Origin: Acidobacteriota bacterium
GTDB taxonomy: Bacteria; Acidobacteriota; UBA6911; RPQK01; JAJDTT01
Assembly (NCBI GenBank): GCA_965263035.1
Contig: OZ253580.1
Location: forward strand, 896,001 to 960,000
Direction: 5' to 3'
Length of the DNA: 64,000 bases
Shown here: positions 57,875 through 64,000 of the stretch, in pieces
Position numbering within the stretch: the stretch's first letter is position 1
Layout: the number at the start of each line of letters is the position of its first letter
The notes under the pieces: model-generated
The model's input: only the letters and a program-made list of their open reading frames with translations
Databases searched by the model: none
Told to the model about the DNA's origin: nothing
Position numbers and translations under genes: made by a program

Positions 57875-60241
57875 ATGTCTGAAGTCCGCCCATTTCGGTT
57901 GCTGGCGGCGAGGCGTGTCACCGCCAGTTCCGTTGGCGCGGCGATGCGGACCGCTCTGGTGGCAGCTTTCATTCTGGGACACTCCCAACTTCTTCTGCCG
58001 GTCCAGACTTCGGATCCCAAGAAACCACACCATCACCATCCGAAACCGGCAATACAGGACAAGGGGGTCCACCCAGCGGTCGATCGGGATCTCTCCCCGG
58101 GACACCGGCGCATGCTCCAGGTTCTTCGGAAGATAGCCGTCGAGACGGCTAGCAAGAATCCCTACCAGGGAGACAGCGTCGTGCGCGACTACCGGCGCCA
58201 ACTGGAGGAGTTGGAACAGAGCGCCTCCGACCCGGACACTCCCTCCTATTGGAAGAACCTGAACCGCTGGGACATCCTGCTGGACCTGGGAGTCGCCGAG
58301 GTGCGGCTCGGCGAGGAGGAGGCAGGCGTTGAGCACCTGAAAGCCGCCTACGAACTCCTGCCCGAAGTCCGCACCCATCTCCAGCGGACCAAGGTGGACC
58401 AGACCATCTTCGAGTTGGGCGTGGCCTACATGCGAATGGGGGAGACCCAGAACTGCACCGTCCAGCACGGTCCCGAGCGCTGCATACTCCCTCTACGGGG
58501 AGAAGGAATCCACTCCCTCCCGCAGGGATCCACCCGGGCCATTCGGTATTTTACCGAGATGCTGGACAACTCTTCTCCGGAAGAGGGCTACGGCTACTAT
58601 TACCCGTCCCTTTGGCTCCTCAACATCGCCTACATGACGCTGGACCAGTACCCGGACGGCGTTCCGGCCCGCTATCGGATCCCCGAATCGACCTTCCAGT
58701 CCAAAGTCCCGTTCCGGCGCTTCCGCAACATCGCCCTGAAACTGGGAACCAGCAGCTTCAATCTGGCCGGTGGGGCCATCGTGGACGATTTCGACGGGGA
58801 CGGTTACCTGGACATCCTCACCTCTACTTGGGACGCCTCCGGCCCGATGCGCTACTTTCGCAACAGCGGAGACGGGACCTTTCGGGAGAGGTCTCGGGAG
58901 GCGGATCTGGAGGGACTCTGGGGAGGCCTCAATATGCTCCAGGCCGACTACGACAATGACGGGCACCTGGACGTCCTGGTCCTGCGCGGGGCCTGGTGCG
59001 GCGTGGAGGGGCAGCACCCCAACTCCCTCTTGAGGAACCGGGGGGACGGCAGTTTCCAGGACGTGACCTTCGATGCCGGCCTGGCGGAGGTCTCTTATCC
59101 AACCCAAGTGGCCGGCTGGGCCGACTACGACAACGACGGCGATCTGGACCTGTTCATCGGAAACGAATCTCTGAGGGATTACCAGGCCCCCTGGCAGTTG
59201 TTCCAAAACCAGGGGAACGGCACGTTTCAGGACGTGGCGGAGCAGGCCGGCGTCAAGGGCTACGCCTTTACCAAGGGAGTCTCCTGGGGAGATTACGATG
59301 GAGACCGCTATCCGGATCTGTACGTCTCCAACTACCGGGACCCGAACCGGCTTTACCGGAACCGGGGAGACGGAACCTTCGAAGACGTCACCAGGACGCT
59401 GGATGTCGGGCGTCCCAGCGAGAGCTTTCCGGCCTGGTTCTGGGACTACAACAACGACGGGCATCTGGACCTGTTCGTCTCCAGCTACGCGGGTCACATC
59501 GGTCACCAGGCCTCCTACCGTCTGGGACTCTCCCCGGATTTCGAAAAAGCCTGTCTCTACGAGGGAGACGGACGAGGCGGCTTTCGGGACGTGGTCCGAG
59601 AGCGGAACCTGACCGTACCCATGCAGCCCATGGGATCCAACTTCGGAGATCTCGACAACGACGGCTACCTGGACTTTTACCTGGGAACCGGGGATCCCAG
59701 TCTCGCCAGCATCGTCCCCAACCTCATGTTCCTGAACCAGGCGGGCCAGGGGTTCGAGGACGTGACCATAGCGGGGGGATTCGGTCATCTTCAGAAGGGT
59801 CACGGCGTCGCCTTCGCCGATCTGGACAACGACGGTGACCTGGACGTCTTCGAGCAGATGGGAGGCGCCTTCCCGGTGGACGCCTTCAGCGACGCCCTCT
59901 ACGAGAACCCCGGCAACGACAATCACTGGCTGGCCATCCAGCTGGTGGGCCGGGAGTCCAACGCTTCGGCCATCGGCGCTCGGATCCGGGTGCGGATCGA
60001 GGAATCGGGCGCCACCCGATTCATTTACCGTCACGTCAACAGCGGGGGAAGCTTCGGGGCCAACCCCTTGCGCCAGACCATCGGCCTGGGCCAGGCCAAC
60101 TCAGCCGCCGAGGTCGAGATCTTCTGGCCCCGGACCGGAAAGACCCAGCGTCTCGGCAAATTGAATTCGGGCCAACTGATCCGTGTCGTCGAGGGCAAGG
60201 AAGGATACGAGCAGCTACAGTTGAAGCGGCTGCGCTTCTGA
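57875..60241 (+). CDS. CRTAC1-family protein with N-terminal helical extension
   Basis: GETQNC..CILPL, many D(Y/F)DNDG repeats, HLQKGHG, SGGSFG, IFWP. Start uncertain. Confidence 0.88.
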   Translation: MSEVRPFRLLAARRVTASSVGAAMRTALVAAFILGHSQLLLPVQTSDPKKPHHHHPKPAIQDKGVHPAVDRDLSPGHRRMLQVLRKIAVETASKNPYQGDSVVRDYRRQLEELEQSASDPDTPSYWKNLNRWDILLDLGVAEVRLGEEEAGVEHLKAAYELLPEVRTHLQRTKVDQTIFELGVAYMRMGETQNCTVQHGPERCILPLRGEGIHSLPQGSTRAIRYFTEMLDNSSPEEGYGYYYPSLWLLNIAYMTLDQYPDGVPARYRIPESTFQSKVPFRRFRNIALKLGTSSFNLAGGAIVDDFDGDGYLDILTSTWDASGPMRYFRNSGDGTFRERSREADLEGLWGGLNMLQADYDNDGHLDVLVLRGAWCGVEGQHPNSLLRNRGDGSFQDVTFDAGLAEVSYPTQVAGWADYDNDGDLDLFIGNESLRDYQAPWQLFQNQGNGTFQDVAEQAGVKGYAFTKGVSWGDYDGDRYPDLYVSNYRDPNRLYRNRGDGTFEDVTRTLDVGRPSESFPAWFWDYNNDGHLDLFVSSYAGHIGHQASYRLGLSPDFEKACLYEGDGRGGFRDVVRERNLTVPMQPMGSNFGDLDNDGYLDFYLGTGDPSLASIVPNLMFLNQAGQGFEDVTIAGGFGHLQKGHGVAFADLDNDGDLDVFEQMGGAFPVDAFSDALYENPGNDNHWLAIQLVGRESNASAIGARIRVRIEESGATRFIYRHVNSGGSFGANPLRQTIGLGQANSAAEVEIFWPRTGKTQRLGKLNSGQLIRVVEGKEGYEQLQLKRLRF

Positions 60242-60310
60242 CGAGGGGCGGCCTGAAGCGGCGTCGCCCATTCTCCATCGGCCCGGCCACGGCCGTCGCA
60301 GACCCCAGGT

Positions 60311-62395
60311 TCAGAGCTGAATCACCACCAGGGTGTAGGTTTCCAGCCGGGGCAGCGTGAACCGGATCCGATTCCCCTCGGCTCGGAACTTGAGGTCGAG
60401 GATCTCTCCCCCGTCGGGGGACAGGGTGTAGACTTTCCGGACCTCCCCCTCCCCTGACTTGAGGTTGATCTGCAGGTCCCGGACCAGCGGATTCTCTTCC
60501 ATTCCGTAGTTGACCAGATGCAGGAGCAGGCGGTTCTCCCGCTCCTGGCTCAGCAACTCGGCGGTGACGGTCATCGGCCCCTCGATCTCCAAGAGCGGGT
60601 CGCCGCTGCCGGCCCATCGGACCGACTCCACCAGTTCCTTCCAGTTGACGGGAAGGTGCCAATACCGGCTGGTCATGGGCTCCGCGGCCGGTTTCTCGAC
60701 GACCGGTTTCACCTCGGGCAGGTAGACCACACGGCCTTCGCCTTCGCGGCGCCGCACCGGGTCGATCCGCAGAATCGACTCGGGCTGCCGGGGCCAGGGC
60801 ACGAACTCCGGAGCGTGGACCGCGAAGAGATCCGCCAACCCGAAGTCACGGCGGCGGCTTCTCCGGGGTGTCAACAGGGAGGTGTGCTCGGTGGCCACCA
60901 ATCCCCCTCCCCTCTTTACAAAAGCGCGGATCCGTTCCATCTGTTCATCGCCCAAGCACTCCTGATCCGCCAGGACCAGAACCCGGTAGCGGGAGAGATC
61001 GGAAAGATGGCGGTCGAAGATGATGTCGAAAGGGACCTTGGCCTGGATCAGGGCCTGTTCGAAGAGAAAAGTGCTCTGATAGGGCCGATCGTTGTTGAAG
61101 GCCATGGTGGCGTAGGAGTGGAGCACGGCCACGTCGGCGGCGCTCTCGGGCTTCCGGTAATAGTCGAACCGGTCGCGGTAGAAGCGAATATAGCGCCTCT
61201 GTGCCGGGGGTGGATCGGGGTACTCCTGGATGCCTCCCACCATCCCCAGGCAACCCCGGTTGTAGGCCATGGCTTCGGCCACCGTCAGTGGAGTCCGGAA
61301 GGTGTAGCTGAAGATCTTGTTCCCCAGGCCGGTGGCCGTCTTGTAGCTCCGGATCTTTGAGAGCAATACCCCTTCGGGGCTGATCCCGGCCTCGTTGCCC
61401 TCTTCCGTCCAGACGATGTCCGTATGCTCCAGGAGACGAGGGAAGTCCACCCCCTGCTCCCAGATGGTGTTCACGCCCGACATGCCGGAGTGAGGGTTGT
61501 TCTCCACCGCCACCAGAGGATTGAGACTGTGGACGTACTCCTTCATCTCCCGGTAGTAGTCGGTCAACTGATGGCAGCGGAAGTCGGCCCACTCCTGGAA
61601 CAGGGGATCGGTGATGGTGGAGAGAGGGGCCTCGTGCGCCGGCGGGGTGACGTAACGGAGATCGTTGAAACCCAGCCGCCGTTTCAGGTTCTCCGGGGAG
61701 TATTTGCTCTTGAGAAACTCCCGGAAGTCCTGGATGGCCATGGGATGGAAGAATATGGGCCTGCGGGCCTGGGTGCTGGTGTTGTCGAAGTGGATCAGGT
61801 CCACTTCGAAGTCCTCCACCGCCATGCGGACCACGTTGCGGATGTATTCCTTGTAGCCGGGATGGGCGAAGTAGACCCGTTTCCGGAAGGTCTGGGTGCG
61901 CCCGTAATGGACCGGTTGTCCCAGGTAGTCGGGCACGAACCAGGCTTCGGCCTCCGGCTTCTCCAGCAGGAAGGTCTCGTAGGCCACGGTGCTCCCCACG
62001 TACACGCCCACCCGGATGCCGCGCTTGCGGCACAGTTCGGCCAACTTGCGGGCGTAGGCCAGATGCTCAGCCTCGGCCTCGAGCCCGAAACCCTTGTAGA
62101 AGTGGATCACGGCCATGGTGACGCCCAGTTCCTTCAACTGGAGAACCCGCTCCTCGGTGTGGGCCTGCTCGTACGCCTCATCGTGCCAGGTCTTCAGGCT
62201 GCCCACCCGCCGCCGAAAGAGAGGCATGTCGTCCCAGCCCCCCACGATGATGATGGGCTCCTCGTCGAGCCAAGCGGGTCTTTCCGAACCTGCCGCCGAT
62301 GGCGGAGCCTCATCCGGCCCGTCTCCCGGTCCGCACGAACCGGCAAACAACAGAGCCAGAACCGCCATCAGCCCCGTCATCGCGCCAACTTCCAT
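60311..62395 (-). CDS. Glycoside-hydrolase-like lipoprotein with beta-galactosidase-trimerization-like domain
   Basis: Lipobox-like LFAGSC, VDLIHFDN, QEWADFR, VPFDII..YRVLVLADQECL..FVKRGGGLVAT. Start placed at ATG 62395 after GAGG. Confidence 0.7.
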   Translation of the reverse strand: MEVGAMTGLMAVLALLFAGSCGPGDGPDEAPPSAAGSERPAWLDEEPIIIVGGWDDMPLFRRRVGSLKTWHDEAYEQAHTEERVLQLKELGVTMAVIHFYKGFGLEAEAEHLAYARKLAELCRKRGIRVGVYVGSTVAYETFLLEKPEAEAWFVPDYLGQPVHYGRTQTFRKRVYFAHPGYKEYIRNVVRMAVEDFEVDLIHFDNTSTQARRPIFFHPMAIQDFREFLKSKYSPENLKRRLGFNDLRYVTPPAHEAPLSTITDPLFQEWADFRCHQLTDYYREMKEYVHSLNPLVAVENNPHSGMSGVNTIWEQGVDFPRLLEHTDIVWTEEGNEAGISPEGVLLSKIRSYKTATGLGNKIFSYTFRTPLTVAEAMAYNRGCLGMVGGIQEYPDPPPAQRRYIRFYRDRFDYYRKPESAADVAVLHSYATMAFNNDRPYQSTFLFEQALIQAKVPFDIIFDRHLSDLSRYRVLVLADQECLGDEQMERIRAFVKRGGGLVATEHTSLLTPRRSRRRDFGLADLFAVHAPEFVPWPRQPESILRIDPVRRREGEGRVVYLPEVKPVVEKPAAEPMTSRYWHLPVNWKELVESVRWAGSGDPLLEIEGPMTVTAELLSQERENRLLLHLVNYGMEENPLVRDLQINLKSGEGEVRKVYTLSPDGGEILDLKFRAEGNRIRFTLPRLETYTLVVIQL

Positions 62396-62469
62396 CACCT
62401 TCCTCACTTTCCAACGCGGATTGAACAAGAACAGCTTCGAATTCCTCTCGGACTGCCGCAATTCGATCG

Positions 62470-62700
62470 TCCGCAGGATCCGATAGCTTCCCGCCTCCGG
62501 GTCGTAAGACAGGATTCGGGCCATCTCGTCGCCGGCGCCACTAGTCCCGGAGGTCTTTCCATCCCTCGTTCGTACCAAGCCGCGGACCCGATACTGGAGT
62601 AGGGATTTGCTCAGTTTCCGGATGGTGAGACTCTTCGTGTTCAGCCGAAACAGATAGCCGTCGGACGTCCCGCCGTAGCGGATTTCCGCCGCTTCCGACC
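62470..62700 (-). pseudogene. Probable beta-propeller gene fragment
   Basis: Start-less frame YGGTSDGYLFRLNTKSL..QYRVRGLVRTRDGK..EMARILSYDPEAGSYRIL with a propeller-blade pattern, ending close to the IS boundary. Confidence 0.45.
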
Positions 62701-62739
62701 ATTACATCCCGCGTCGCCTCGTTCCGGAGCGGCTGCTAG

Positions 62740-63463
62740 GAGCCTGTGCCGTGGAAGATCTGTAGAACGACGCGGGCTGTTGGCCCTCGCTTCGACGAAT
62801 TGTGCCGGAGAAGTATCTTCTGGTCAGTACGAGGGAGGAACGCCCGAGGCTCCACAAAATCGACGGGAAGACCCGTTCCGACCGACGCTGACCGGGGTGA
62901 AGGGCTCTCCTTCGGTCCGTTTGTGGCCCATTTCCCGTGAAAAGCTTCCTCGTTACGCCGCCATCAGGGATTGGACGCGTTTCACTTTCGGCGCCAGACA
63001 CACCAGATCCCACTCCCCTTGCACCTTCCCCAGTCCCCGAACGCTGAAGCGCCGAAATCCCAGCCCCTCTTTGATCCAGCCGTGCCGCGCTTCCGAGATC
63101 CATTTGCGCCTGCCGTAGATGGCCCGACCCGTCTCCGTCGCCAGCTTCTTCGCCATTCGCCAAGTCGCCGGAGTCGTCTCCGGACCGCCCCGCTTGGTTG
63201 GCGTCTTCCCCTCTCGTCCGAGTGCGACACACCCCTCGATCCGCCGGTCTTCCAGTTCGGCCAAGTCCCGCTCGTTGCTGTAGTCCGAGTCTGCCAGATC
63301 GCTCACGTGGTGCGCTAGATGGCCCTCCGGTAACCAGTCCCGCAGGTCCGGCGGCAACAGCAGCTTCTGCTTCGGGCGGTAGGGGCGAAACGTCGTTGGC
63401 ATCCAGCACCTCCGTCGTCTATTCTCCCATCATCGTAAGACGCTGTTTCTCCGGCGCAGGCTT
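62740..63463 (-). mobile_element. Internally deleted IS1182-family element
   Basis: Imperfect terminal inverted repeats GAGCCTGTGCCG and (reverse complement) AAGCCTGCGCCG; flanks CTAG/CTAA; contains a transposase relic. Confidence 0.8.
62953..63402 (-). pseudogene. IS1182-family transposase with in-frame internal deletion
   Basis: N-terminus FRPY..Q..LLPP.L.DWLPE.HLAH joined directly to C-terminal ADSDYS..YGRRKWISE..GWIK..LGFRRFSVRG; only 149 aa. Confidence 0.85.
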
Positions 63464-63551
63464 CTAATCCGAGTCTTTCCTGCTCTGGGGCAAGGTCCGT
63501 TTCGATCCAGGGCAATGAATTGCGGAGTCCTGTCCCCCCCCATATCCTGGA

Positions 63552-64000
63552 TCAGCTCCAACGGCCGGGCGAAATGCCCGCGGCATGCCTCGCCATGTTG
63601 TCCGGGCGGTTCGGCAGATCGAAATCGATGTTCCTCGTGTTGAGGCTCCTGAAATATTTTTGGACGGCCTGAGGGAGACCGGCCACGTTCTCCGGATCGC
63701 GCTCCGGAACGTCTTCTATGGGACCCGCCCAAGTGGGCCGGTAGGCGATGGCCAACATGCGGCGAGTCCGGTCACTGTAGTTGGGAAAGTTGGCGTGAAA
63801 CACCTTCTGGTTGATGATCGCCGCCGAACCGGCCCGGCAGGTCACCATCAACTCATCGTCGTGGGAAAGATAGCGGTTGTAGGGGTTGGCATCGCGGTGG
63901 AGCGAAAGGTGGGAGCGCGGGATCACCTTGAACGGGGAGCACTCCGGAGTGAGATCGTCCAGGTAATAGAGGACGCGGACCAGACAGGGCGAGCTGGCCT
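63552..64000 (-). CDS. Phytanoyl-CoA dioxygenase-family protein, 3' part
   Basis: Frame open to the window edge: LYYLDDLTPE.SPFKVIPRSH, AGSA, FHAN.PN.SDRTRR. Confidence 0.85.
   Translation of the reverse strand, partial: ASSPCLVRVLYYLDDLTPECSPFKVIPRSHLSLHRDANPYNRYLSHDDELMVTCRAGSAAIINQKVFHANFPNYSDRTRRMLAIAYRPTWAGPIEDVPERDPENVAGLPQAVQKYFRSLNTRNIDFDLPNRPDNMARHAAGISPGRWS

Noticed and set aside
57872-57885. 14-bp match CTCATGTCTGAAGT with 12878-12891, both giving MSEVR starts
   Set aside because: Several 14-mer matches are expected by chance in 64 kb and the match does not extend.

Overview
GC-rich bacterial DNA, most likely Acidobacteriota, inferred from the GWxTD protein, three CRTAC1/ASPIC proteins, an Oar-type TonB receptor, a PVC-type heme protein and futalosine-pathway mqnC. 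Two core blocks (argR-argG-argH-argF plus mqnC and a NoeA-like methyltransferase; ogt-xerD-murJ plus lpxD) are separated by a roughly 37 kb uptake and hydrolase region with no recognisable integrase. Top finding: this region is bracketed by an ungapped 145-bp diverged direct repeat (14165-14309 and 51288-51432; 115/145 identical by hand count). The repeat duplicates the overlapping 3' ends of two convergent genes, the methyltransferase and ogt, and each border keeps one gene intact plus a relic of the other. Second finding: six copies of a 158-161 bp MITE with 4-bp target flanks, compensatory base changes in its stems and a core resembling enterobacterial ERIC repeats. Also present: two symporters each preceded by a ~55-aa membrane peptide, an in-frame deleted IS1182, a yefM-yoeB pair and several gene relics. 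All alignments and counts were done by eye and product names come from motif recognition, not database searches.
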